Below are positions 20,829-29,640 of a stretch of 64,000 nucleotides of DNA, piece after piece. How positions within the stretch are numbered: position 1 is the first letter of the stretch; each line of letters opens with the position of its first letter. The position numbers and the translations under genes were made by a program. The notes beneath the pieces are model-generated. The model saw nothing but the letters and a program-made list of their open reading frames with translations. It was not told the origin of the DNA and did no database searches. The DNA comes from Candidatus Babelota bacterium. GTDB taxonomy: Bacteria; Babelota; Babeliae; Babelales; Vermiphilaceae. The stretch lies in assembly GCA_049325595.1 (NCBI GenBank), contig JBMOLF010000010.1, positions 192,001-256,000 on the forward strand, read 5' to 3'.

Positions 20829-22352
20829 ATGAAAAAAATTAATGATTTAATTGTGCCGCTTACGCTAGCCTTTATTGTTAGCCTTGGAATTCAATATTAT
20901 ATGGGCAACAAAAATAATTCGACAAGTCAGCCTGAAATTGTTTCAGGGCAAGGTTTTACGGCAACCCCTTCAGCAGCAATCAACACCAAGCCATTATTAA
21001 AAGAAGTTGATTTTATTGATGAATCGTTAAAACCTTTATCTCAGCAACAAATTGTTGAGACTGATCATGCTATTTATACATTTTCTACCGGAGGGGCAAG
21101 TTTAGAGAAGTTTACCTTTAAGCGCCCGTACCATGGCACAGCAGATCTTATTAATACTATTCAAACTCCCGAAACACAACAAGAATCGCGAGCTTTTTTA
21201 GTAGCATTCGAGCAACCATCACCGTATAGTTATTCTTTGATGGATAGAAAAGACAGCGATGTTACTACGCAGTTAACATATCAAGCAGATTTTGAAAACG
21301 GATCTGTGATTAAAAAGTTTATAATACACCATAATAGTTTTCAAATTGATCTCATGCTAACGGTTATTCCTCATGGAGATAAAACTCTTACACCACGTAT
21401 ATTCTTGCCATCACCAGAAGTAATTGAATTAAAAGATGATACTATTTCTACTGTGATGAATAATGAAAAAAATGCGATAGTTACCGAGCAAATAAGTAAG
21501 CTATCTGAGCAGCAAGGATGGTTTGCGCCAACCCTGTTTGGTTCGCAAGATCGTTATTTTGTGCATGCGATGGTATCAAATCCTGATTTGTTTGTGAAAC
21601 GTGCATACTACAAGGCTAGTGCATCAAAACAGTTGATAACTATTTTAGAAGGGCCGGAGACCAGCAGTGAAAAGTCATGGATGGTATCTTTTTATGTTGG
21701 ACCTAAAGAGAGCAAAGCTTTAGCTGCAGTTGATAGTCGCCTAGAAAAGACATTAGGATATACGGGAATATTAGCTCCTATATCAAAAGCTCTTTTAGTG
21801 GTTTTAAATTTCTTATATCGCTATTTACACAATTATGGTTTGGCAATAATTATATTGACCTTATCATTAAATTTAATTTTGTTGCCATTACGTAAAAGAG
21901 GTAATGAGCAGATGAAAAAAACTGCTGAATTGCAAAGAAAACTAGCGTATGTACAGCAAAAGTATAAAAATGACCCAGAAGCATTAGCGCGTGAAAAGGC
22001 TGAGCTTTTCAAAAAATATGGGACAGGACTGGGAGGATGTTTACCAAATCTCATATTATTACCGGTATTTTTTGCGTTAAGTCCGGTTTTATCACAAGCG
22101 ATAGAGCTTTATAAAGCGCCATTTTTTGGCTGGATAAAAGATCTTTCAGCAAGGGATCCTTATTATATTTTGCCATTATTAATTTTTGTAATTTTCATAA
22201 TTCGAGCTTTATTTGCTGAAACTAACCAACGTTTTTCCATGTTGGCAGTTGCACTTATTTTTGGTGCATTTGCCGCCAATTTTTCAGCAGGACTTTGCTT
22301 ATATATTTTGGTTGGTGTGCTTATGGAGTTAAAAAACATAAGAAAAAAATAA
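20829..22352 (+). CDS. yidC: membrane protein insertase YidC (atypical groove residues)
   Basis: Periplasmic domain with FYVGPK, NYGLAIII, GGCLP, WIKDLSARDPYYILP, AGLCLY. Confidence 0.93.
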   Translation: MKKINDLIVPLTLAFIVSLGIQYYMGNKNNSTSQPEIVSGQGFTATPSAAINTKPLLKEVDFIDESLKPLSQQQIVETDHAIYTFSTGGASLEKFTFKRPYHGTADLINTIQTPETQQESRAFLVAFEQPSPYSYSLMDRKDSDVTTQLTYQADFENGSVIKKFIIHHNSFQIDLMLTVIPHGDKTLTPRIFLPSPEVIELKDDTISTVMNNEKNAIVTEQISKLSEQQGWFAPTLFGSQDRYFVHAMVSNPDLFVKRAYYKASASKQLITILEGPETSSEKSWMVSFYVGPKESKALAAVDSRLEKTLGYTGILAPISKALLVVLNFLYRYLHNYGLAIIILTLSLNLILLPLRKRGNEQMKKTAELQRKLAYVQQKYKNDPEALAREKAELFKKYGTGLGGCLPNLILLPVFFALSPVLSQAIELYKAPFFGWIKDLSARDPYYILPLLIFVIFIIRALFAETNQRFSMLAVALIFGAFAANFSAGLCLYILVGVLMELKNIRKK

Positions 22353-22370
22353 AAATGAGATGATAAAATT

Positions 22371-22973
22371 ATGCTTAATGAGGTTCCTCAACTTGCTCAG
22401 TTATTAAAATTATTGCAACAAGTGCCCTATTTAGCTTCCAAAAATATTTATCGGGTAGCAAATTATTTTTTAACACTTGATCAATATAAAATGGAGCAGT
22501 TTTGTAATGCGTTGCTTGAGGTAAAAAATAATCTTGCAAAATGTTCTATTTGTTTCATGTGGCGTTCTAAAAATAAAGAATGTTCATTATGCTCTTCAGG
22601 TAAGCGAGATCAGTCTTTAGTTTGTGTTATTGAATCATGGCAAGAAATGTTAACAATAGAAAAAACTGGAGGCTATCAAGGAGTTTATCATATTTTGGGG
22701 GGATTAATTTGTCCATTGGAAGGAATAGGACCAGATCAACTAACTATAACGCCCCTGATAAAACGGATAGAAACAGGAACTATTAAAGAAATTATTTTAG
22801 CGACTAGCCAAACACCAGAAGGTGAGGCTACGGCTTCTTATATTGCAAGTAAATTAAAAGCCACATCGGTAATGGTATCATGTCTAGCTCGTGGTATACC
22901 GGTGGGGTCATCGATAGAAACAATGGATCGATTAACTGTTTATAAAGCATTATCAGAGCGTAGACCATTTTAA
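22371..22973 (+). CDS. recR: recombination mediator RecR
   Basis: C4 zinc finger, YHILGG, EGEATA Toprim, LARGIPVG. Confidence 0.95.
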   Translation: MLNEVPQLAQLLKLLQQVPYLASKNIYRVANYFLTLDQYKMEQFCNALLEVKNNLAKCSICFMWRSKNKECSLCSSGKRDQSLVCVIESWQEMLTIEKTGGYQGVYHILGGLICPLEGIGPDQLTITPLIKRIETGTIKEIILATSQTPEGEATASYIASKLKATSVMVSCLARGIPVGSSIETMDRLTVYKALSERRPF

Positions 22974-22986
22974 TAAGCGAGGAATT

Positions 22987-24369
22987 ATGTTATTTGGTGT
23001 TTCAAAAGCCCAAAATTTTGATAGCAGAAAATTAATAAGAAAAGACTTAATAGCAGCAATTAAGGAAAAGTTTAATGTATCCAATGGCCTGATTGTCTTA
23101 TTTGCAGGATTTGAAAATGATCGTTCAGTATTTAGACAAGAAAGTAGTTTTTATTATTTATCAGGAATTACCGAGCCAGGTACTATTTTAGTAACGGACT
23201 TACAAGGTAATACGACTCTTTATATACCAAATTGTGGTAAGGAGCGTTCTCGTTGGATGGCAAATTCACTAGAAGCTAATACCGAGACAGCAAAGAGAAA
23301 TGGCGTTGATGAGATCAAATATCTTGGTGAAAAATGTGCAGGGTATCAGATTAATCCTTTTTTTCATGAAAATGAGTATGCCTATTTTATAGATTTTTTA
23401 AGAAGATCTGTGCAAAATAAAATGCCTATTTTTACTTTATATCCTAATTCCACTAATCAATATTTTGAACAAAGATTTATAGTGGAACGCTTAAAGCAAT
23501 TTATACCCGAACTTAATCCTAATATTAACGATATTAGTGATTTAGTAGCGAGCCTTCGAAGAAAAAAGGATATGGACGAAATCGAACATATGTATAAAGC
23601 AATAGAAGTCACTATTTTAGCCCAAGAAGCGGCTGCACAGACTATTGCTGACCAAGTTACCGAACATGAAGTGCAAGCAAGTCTTGAATATATGTTTACG
23701 GGATCTGGGGCGCGTGCAGCATTTCCAAGTATTGTCGCTAGTGGTAAAAATGGAACGATTTTACATTACAATGAAAACAATGGTGTATGCAAAAATGGTG
23801 ATCTTGTTGTGGTCGATATTGGCGCAGATTTAAATTACTATTGTGCTGATTTAACTCGTACGTATCCCGTTTCAGGTAGCTTTACAGCGCGCCAGAGAGA
23901 ATTATATACTATTGTTTTAGATATGCAAGAATACATTGCTGATAGTGCAAAACCAGGCATGTGGCTTTTTAATAGTCAATATCCGGAAAAATCTTTGCAT
24001 CATATGGCTGTTAAATTTCTACAAAAATATGGCTACGACAAATATTTTAACCATGGAATAGGTCATTTTCTAGGAATTGATGTTCATGATGTGGGTGATC
24101 GTTCTAAACCATTGCAAGAAGGTGATGTGTTTACTATTGAACCTGGTCTTTATATCCCGGAAGAGGGTATAGGAATTAGAATAGAAGATAATTATTGGAT
24201 GGTAAAAGAACATGCGATTTGCTTGAGCGAGTCTCTAGTTAAAAATCCTTCTGATATCGAGGAGCTCATGCGCAGTGAGAAGGAAGATGAATCAGAAGAA
24301 TATGGGTATGAATTTGAAAATGAACTAGGCGAAGAAAATGATGATGATTTGGAGTTAGCGCATAGCTAA
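22987..24369 (+). CDS. pepP: Xaa-Pro aminopeptidase (aminopeptidase P, M24B)
   Basis: FRQESSFYYLSG, DIGA...ADLTRT, HGIGHFLGIDVHD, TIEPG, GIRIED. Confidence 0.93.
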   Translation: MLFGVSKAQNFDSRKLIRKDLIAAIKEKFNVSNGLIVLFAGFENDRSVFRQESSFYYLSGITEPGTILVTDLQGNTTLYIPNCGKERSRWMANSLEANTETAKRNGVDEIKYLGEKCAGYQINPFFHENEYAYFIDFLRRSVQNKMPIFTLYPNSTNQYFEQRFIVERLKQFIPELNPNINDISDLVASLRRKKDMDEIEHMYKAIEVTILAQEAAAQTIADQVTEHEVQASLEYMFTGSGARAAFPSIVASGKNGTILHYNENNGVCKNGDLVVVDIGADLNYYCADLTRTYPVSGSFTARQRELYTIVLDMQEYIADSAKPGMWLFNSQYPEKSLHHMAVKFLQKYGYDKYFNHGIGHFLGIDVHDVGDRSKPLQEGDVFTIEPGLYIPEEGIGIRIEDNYWMVKEHAICLSESLVKNPSDIEELMRSEKEDESEEYGYEFENELGEENDDDLELAHS

Positions 24370-24884
24370 ATCAGCGCATCACAATTTTTAACTAATAGTA
24401 GGCCGGTTATGACGCCGGCTAAACTGATAATTGGCAACATGAATCGTTTTAATTTTGATGATTCAGTTGCCAATTCTTTTTTTTCTGAATTTATTTTATG
24501 AAAAAGAACTTTATAAAAACAACATAGACTTGTAAGTGATATGCTCATACCAATTATACTAATGCAGCTTGCTTTTATGGTGTTAAGACATGCCTTTTCT
24601 ATACTAACAATGTTTATTTCAGGAGCTTTTATAAGAATACCATTTTCAGCTAATATTTTTGCGCTTCCGGCTATATTGTTTAATGATTCAATTACTTGAG
24701 GTTGGGCCTGAATATATAACCCATTTTTGGCAAGATCGGTAGCACCATGGCCTATGGTAATCAATGCTTGTGGAAGTTGGCTTTTTTCTTGTGTGTTGTT
24801 AAAAATATTTTTCATAATTGCCGATTGCATATTGTTATAAGACAATAGGTAAAAAGCGATAATAATGCTATTCAGGAATTTCAT
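24366..24884 (-). CDS. hypothetical protein with signal peptide and two C-terminal TM segments
   Basis: Hydrophobicity pattern; internal duplicated LAxNG motif. Confidence 0.6.
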   Translation of the reverse strand: MKFLNSIIIAFYLLSYNNMQSAIMKNIFNNTQEKSQLPQALITIGHGATDLAKNGLYIQAQPQVIESLNNIAGSAKILAENGILIKAPEINIVSIEKACLNTIKASCISIIGMSISLTSLCCFYKVLFHKINSEKKELATESSKLKRFMLPIISLAGVITGLLLVKNCDALI

Positions 24885-26472
24885 TTTTCTTAGTTCTAAG
24901 ATTGCAAATGGTGATTATAGTAAGACAACATGCTAAGGAAATGCTAAATGAGATAAAAAAATTCATTGCTAATGAGTAATGTATTAAGGTGCCACTAACC
25001 AAATAAGCAATAAACGTAGAAAATAATGCTGGTGCTGCATAAAATAACTGAGTGTAAGTATGATCAACCGGATAGCATCCTGCACTTGAAGCAGACATGA
25101 TTGTTGTTTCAGATATAGGAGATAAATGATCACCTGCGGTTGCTCCAGAGAATAGGGCGCCTAGCAGGGGAAATAAAAGAGGAATCAGATGGGGTGTTAT
25201 TGGTGTTGGTAATTCAAATAAAGATGTTAGCATTTGTGTTGCAATGGGAACCATAAGTGCAATAGTTCCCCATGAGGTACCGGTAATAAAGGCTATTAAA
25301 AAAGCTATGCAGTAAAAAATAACAGGAAGTAAGTAAATAGGTAATGTATTAAATACTAAATGGGCCAAGTATGTTCCAGTTTTTAAATCATTACGAAGAA
25401 TTATACCAAGAGTTGACGCTAAAAAGACCATAATAACAGGCGATCGCATTAACTCTATACCATCTTTAAATAAAATAATTCCTTTTTTTAATGAAATAGA
25501 GCGAGTTAAAAGTGCCAAGATAATACTGATTAACAAAGTTATAAAACCAGATAAAAATAATACAAAAAAGGGTTGAGTATTTAATTTAAAAGCATCTAAT
25601 AAGCTATGTTTTCCTCCCAGAAGATGATAGCCCCCAGAATAAGCTGTGCCAATAAGAAAGGTTATGATTAAAGTGAGCAGGGGAATGAGCAAAAAATAAA
25701 CTTTTCCTTCAATGTAAGGCTCTGTTTGACCTGATTTTAAAGGTTTTTTTCCTCCAAAAAGATTATTGGTTCTTTGTGCAATTAATTCGTGATAATGCAT
25801 TGGCCCATAAGAAATTTTTTTTAATACGATATACCAAGTACTTGCAATTATCAAAAAAGAGTAAAAAATAAATGGTAATGATCCTAAATAAATATAAAAA
25901 GGGTCAGCTAATATTTTTGTATTCTCATTAGCTAAGGGAGAGACTCCTGCTTGATCAAGCTGGCTAGTTATAAGAGCTACCCAACTAGATACAAGACCAA
26001 GTATTACAATAGGTCCCCCAAACGAATGAATAAGGAAAGCTAATTTTGCTCGGGGTATTTTAAATTTATCACAAATAGGACGCATTACATGTCCTGTTGT
26101 TAAATAACTTAAGTAATCATCTATAAAAAGAATGCTAGATAATGACATAGTCGCTATTTGAGCTGATTTGGCTGAACGTAACCTTTTGCCTATTTGATGT
26201 GCAAATGCAGCAGCGCCACCAGTGTAATTAATTATAGTTATAATTATGCCAAGCATAAGTAAAAATGAATACAGATATAAATTTTCAACATCGGTAATTT
26301 GAAAAAAGAACTTTTTACTTAATAAGGCAATGCTATCAATTAATGAGAATTTAGTAGCAATCAAAGCACTAGTAATTAATCCTAAGATTAGTGAAATATT
26401 AAGCTTTCTAGTCAAAAATGTAGCAAAAAGCACTAAAAATGGGGGTAACAAAACAAGCCAACTTGGTTGCAT
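24868..26472 (-). CDS. NhaC-family Na+/H+ antiporter-like transporter
   Basis: FIDDY, RAKLAF, GTSWGT, GDHLSPISETTIMSAS motifs. Confidence 0.88.
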   Translation of the reverse strand: MQPSWLVLLPPFLVLFATFLTRKLNISLILGLITSALIATKFSLIDSIALLSKKFFFQITDVENLYLYSFLLMLGIIITIINYTGGAAAFAHQIGKRLRSAKSAQIATMSLSSILFIDDYLSYLTTGHVMRPICDKFKIPRAKLAFLIHSFGGPIVILGLVSSWVALITSQLDQAGVSPLANENTKILADPFYIYLGSLPFIFYSFLIIASTWYIVLKKISYGPMHYHELIAQRTNNLFGGKKPLKSGQTEPYIEGKVYFLLIPLLTLIITFLIGTAYSGGYHLLGGKHSLLDAFKLNTQPFFVLFLSGFITLLISIILALLTRSISLKKGIILFKDGIELMRSPVIMVFLASTLGIILRNDLKTGTYLAHLVFNTLPIYLLPVIFYCIAFLIAFITGTSWGTIALMVPIATQMLTSLFELPTPITPHLIPLLFPLLGALFSGATAGDHLSPISETTIMSASSAGCYPVDHTYTQLFYAAPALFSTFIAYLVSGTLIHYSLAMNFFISFSISLACCLTIITICNLRTKKNEIPE

Positions 26473-26627
26473 AAAATATCCTTATTAATTGATAATAACT
26501 TATTTGAAATTAAGAAATGAGAATAAAAAATACAAGAAAATAGGTTTTTGCCCCTTAGGGCTTTCGATGCGAGAAAAGTGAAAAAATATTATTTATCTTA
26601 TAATTGATCGCAATACTCATGCCTAAA

Positions 26628-26656
26628 CTTATAATTCTTTTTGGCGTATTTGTCAA
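26628..26656 (-). promoter_or_regulatory. putative sigma70 promoter for the NhaC-family gene
   Basis: Minus strand TTGACA (26656-26651), 17 nt spacer, TATAAG (26633-26628). Confidence 0.6.
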
Positions 26657-26684
26657 TTAATTGCCAATTTTAATGGTTTAGCAT

Positions 26685-26713
26685 TTGACTATGTTTTTAT
26701 TTTTATTTACCCT
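26685..26713 (+). promoter_or_regulatory. putative sigma70 promoter for rplM
   Basis: TTGACT-17nt-TACCCT about 75 nt upstream of rplM. Confidence 0.5.
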
Positions 26714-26787
26714 AATACCTAGAGCTTCGTTCAGTCTCTTTCCAACAAAAATTACAGTAGTGCTTATAGTAGTTCAAAAGGTTTCTT

Positions 26788-27234
26788 ATGGATATGAATC
26801 GCGCATTCATTTTGCGAAAAGAAGATAGAAATCCTCAATGGCGTGTGATTGATGCAAAAGGTCAAACACTTGGCCGTATGGCAACTCAGATTGCGGATAT
26901 TTTAAGAGGTAAAGACAAACCATATTTTACACCTCATACTGATTGTGGTGATTATGTAGTTGTAATCAATGCAAAAGATGTTGTGTTAACTGGCAATAAG
27001 TGGAACGATGAAAATTGGCATACGTGGTATACCGGTTGGATTGGTGGCTACAAAACTATGAGTGCCAAGGATTTATTGCAAAAAGATCCGGAAAAGTTTT
27101 TTAATTTGGCGGTAAAAGGTATGCTTCCAAAAAATAAGCTAAGCCGTCAATTGATTAAGAAATTAAAAGTATATGCTGGAGAGCAACATCCACATATGGG
27201 TCAAAAACCTACTGCAATGGAAATTGCAGAATAA
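26788..27234 (+). CDS. rplM: 50S ribosomal protein L13
   Basis: LGRMAT, GKDKPYFTPHTDCGDYV, GMLPKNKL. Confidence 0.98.
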   Translation: MDMNRAFILRKEDRNPQWRVIDAKGQTLGRMATQIADILRGKDKPYFTPHTDCGDYVVVINAKDVVLTGNKWNDENWHTWYTGWIGGYKTMSAKDLLQKDPEKFFNLAVKGMLPKNKLSRQLIKKLKVYAGEQHPHMGQKPTAMEIAE

Positions 27235-27236
27235 TT

Positions 27237-27278
27237 AAAAATAAGGCGCGGTTTTTTATACCGCGCCTTATTTTTTTT
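27237..27278. terminator. bidirectional intrinsic terminator between rplM and rseP
   Basis: Inverted repeat AAAAATAAGGCGCGGT/ACCGCGCCTTATTTTT with A and T tracts. Confidence 0.9.
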
Positions 27279-27280
27279 AT

Positions 27281-28429
27281 TTATTTTAATTTGAAAAATA
27301 TCATTAGCTTTTCTAAATAAGGGGTAATGATTTTCATCAGATCGTTATAACTTAAATAAATAAGTAAAGCCAAGATTAAAAGCCAGCTTGCAAGATGAAT
27401 ATATTCTTTAATCTTGATCGGAATTGGTCTTCTAATAATTGCTTCTACCAAAGAAAATAGTATTTGGCCACCATCTAAAATAGGTAGCGGTAACAAATTT
27501 AATACCGCTAAATTTATGCTAATGATAGCGAGTATTAGTAAATAAATGCCAAATCCTTGCCCAGCTCCTTTCATAGTTACTGCCATAACTGCCAAAGGTC
27601 CTCCCATATTGCTTACATCTTTTTTTACAAATATGTTCTTATAGGCTTTAGCTGTCATAATTATATAGTTATTAGTTAAGCGAAAGGCATTTTTTATGCT
27701 TTCTATAATTGAATAGGCTGGTACTTCAATAATATCAAAAACTATTCCCATCATGCCGGTGTCAGTTCCGCCGATAGTAATAGGCTTTTCTTGGGTTTGC
27801 CCATCTCGTTTTATAGTGATGGAAGTCCTTTTTCCCGCTAATGGTTTTATAGTCTCAATAATATGTGGCACAGCATCGTGGCTATCCTGAATACTTTGTC
27901 CATCAATAGCTAGAATTTGATCTCCAGGTAAAATATTTGCTTCTTCTGCAGGGGAAGCCTTTACTACTTCTGCAACTACTGGGCGTGTATTAAAAGGATA
28001 TAATAAGGGGCTTTTTGGCATGCCTAACATAAATAATAAGGTCAAGGCGCCATAAGCAAATGCTAAATTAAATAATATCCCCCCGAGCATTACGAGCAGT
28101 TTTTGATATAAGGGTTTTTGGTTAAATGACTGAGGATCAGTGGCATGGGCTTCTTCTTGTTTTCCCTGACCTAGTTCAGCTGATCCAGCTATTTCAACAT
28201 AGCCGCCCAAAGGGATTGCGGATAAAGCAAATTCAGTTTCTCCAATTTTTTTCTTTATAAGTCTTGGACCAAAACCAATGGAAAATGAAGGAGTACGTAT
28301 ATTAAATAATTTACAAAATAAAAAATGACCTAATTCATGAAATCCAATCAGAAATCCAATGCCAAGAATTCCAGCTAAGCTAAAAAAAAGTTTTTGCATT
28401 AGTAATATAACAGCGCGCGCTAAAATCAT
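27281..28429 (-). CDS. rseP: site-2 intramembrane metalloprotease RseP
   Basis: HELGH, FSIGFGP, IPLGGYV, PDZ domain, NLLPLPILDGG. Confidence 0.93.
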   Translation of the reverse strand: MILARAVILLMQKLFFSLAGILGIGFLIGFHELGHFLFCKLFNIRTPSFSIGFGPRLIKKKIGETEFALSAIPLGGYVEIAGSAELGQGKQEEAHATDPQSFNQKPLYQKLLVMLGGILFNLAFAYGALTLLFMLGMPKSPLLYPFNTRPVVAEVVKASPAEEANILPGDQILAIDGQSIQDSHDAVPHIIETIKPLAGKRTSITIKRDGQTQEKPITIGGTDTGMMGIVFDIIEVPAYSIIESIKNAFRLTNNYIIMTAKAYKNIFVKKDVSNMGGPLAVMAVTMKGAGQGFGIYLLILAIISINLAVLNLLPLPILDGGQILFSLVEAIIRRPIPIKIKEYIHLASWLLILALLIYLSYNDLMKIITPYLEKLMIFFKLK

Positions 28430-28623
28430 TTGTTAACTCCTGTAATTTAATTAGTAACAGTAAATTGCTGTTATTAATAATATGTTACAACTCTCATTCA
28501 GAAAAAGTATTTTATAATTATTCATTTACAACGAATTATTTTAAAAATTCTAAAAGTAATGAAAAAAATATAAACTAATTGTTACACATAGTGTTTCTGC
28601 ACTTTCCATTTTGCTAATTATTC

Positions 28624-28651
28624 TTGAAAAAATTATCAAAAAGGGTAAAAT
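28624..28651 (+). promoter_or_regulatory. putative promoter of the str/S10 supercluster
   Basis: TTGAAA-16nt-TAAAAT about 100 nt upstream of rpsL. Confidence 0.4.
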
Positions 28652-28752
28652 ACATTTACCTTTGTTTGCTTGATTTGGGGGTTAAGCAAAAAAATTGGGA
28701 ATTTTTGCTAACACATTATATCACCCTTTAAATTTAATAGGAACGTTAAAGT

Positions 28753-29133
28753 ATGCCCACAATAAATCAACTTTGTCGGTTGGGAAGAAAGAGCGTAAAA
28801 AGCAAGTCAAAAAGCGCAGCGCTAAAAGGCCAACCGCAAGCTCGTGGCGTTTGTACTCGTGTTTTTACAACAACGCCAAAAAAACCAAACTCAGCATTAC
28901 GTAAGGTTGCTCGTGTTAAGTTGTCTACTGGAATAGAAATTACCGCTTATATACCAGGTGAAGGCCACAATCTTCAAGAACACTCTGTTGTGCTTGTTCG
29001 TGGTGGTCGCGTTCCAGATCTTCCAGGTGTAAAATATCATATTGTTCGCGGAACATTGGATTCTGCCGGCGTAGAAAAGCGTAGACAAGCGCGCTCCTTG
29101 TATGGTGCTAAGCGTCCAAAGGAAAGGGGTTAA
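28753..29133 (+). CDS. rpsL: 30S ribosomal protein S12
   Basis: [21 protein letters not shown]. Confidence 0.99.
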   Translation: MPTINQLCRLGRKSVKSKSKSAALKGQPQARGVCTRVFTTTPKKPNSALRKVARVKLSTGIEITAYIPGEGHNLQEHSVVLVRGGRVPDLPGVKYHIVRGTLDSAGVEKRRQARSLYGAKRPKERG

Positions 29134-29136
29134 TAT

Positions 29137-29625
29137 ATGCCTAGACGTAAAAAAGAAGGTGTCAGCTTTAAGCGTGATGTCGGTGTAGATACTCGTTATG
29201 GCTCTCCTGTAATACAAAAATTAATAAATGTAGTTATGTGGCGCGGCAAAAAAAATGCAGCCCGCACCATAGTTTATGATGCTATTGATGTTCTTATTAA
29301 AAAGTCAAATGGCGACAAAAATAAGGCATTAGAGTTATTTTTCAGAGCTCTTGATCAATTAGTTCCGCATGTTGAGGTTCGTCCTCGCCGTGTTGGTGGT
29401 AGTGTTTATCAAATTCCAATGGAAGTAAACCCTGATCGTGCGCGTGCATTAGCTATGCGTTGGTTAATAGGTGCAGCTAAAGAGCGTTCAGATAAGACTA
29501 TGGGAATTCGCCTTGCGCATGAATTGCTTGATGCTGTTGAGGGGCGTGGTGGCGCAGTTAAGAAAAAAATTGATGTACATAGAATGGCAGAAGCAAACAG
29601 AGCGTTTTCTCACTATGCCTGGTAG
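29137..29625 (+). CDS. rpsG: 30S ribosomal protein S7
   Basis: RRVGGSVYQIP, MAEANRAFSHYAW. Confidence 0.99.
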   Translation: MPRRKKEGVSFKRDVGVDTRYGSPVIQKLINVVMWRGKKNAARTIVYDAIDVLIKKSNGDKNKALELFFRALDQLVPHVEVRPRRVGGSVYQIPMEVNPDRARALAMRWLIGAAKERSDKTMGIRLAHELLDAVEGRGGAVKKKIDVHRMAEANRAFSHYAW

Positions 29626-29640
29626 TAATTAAGGAACACT

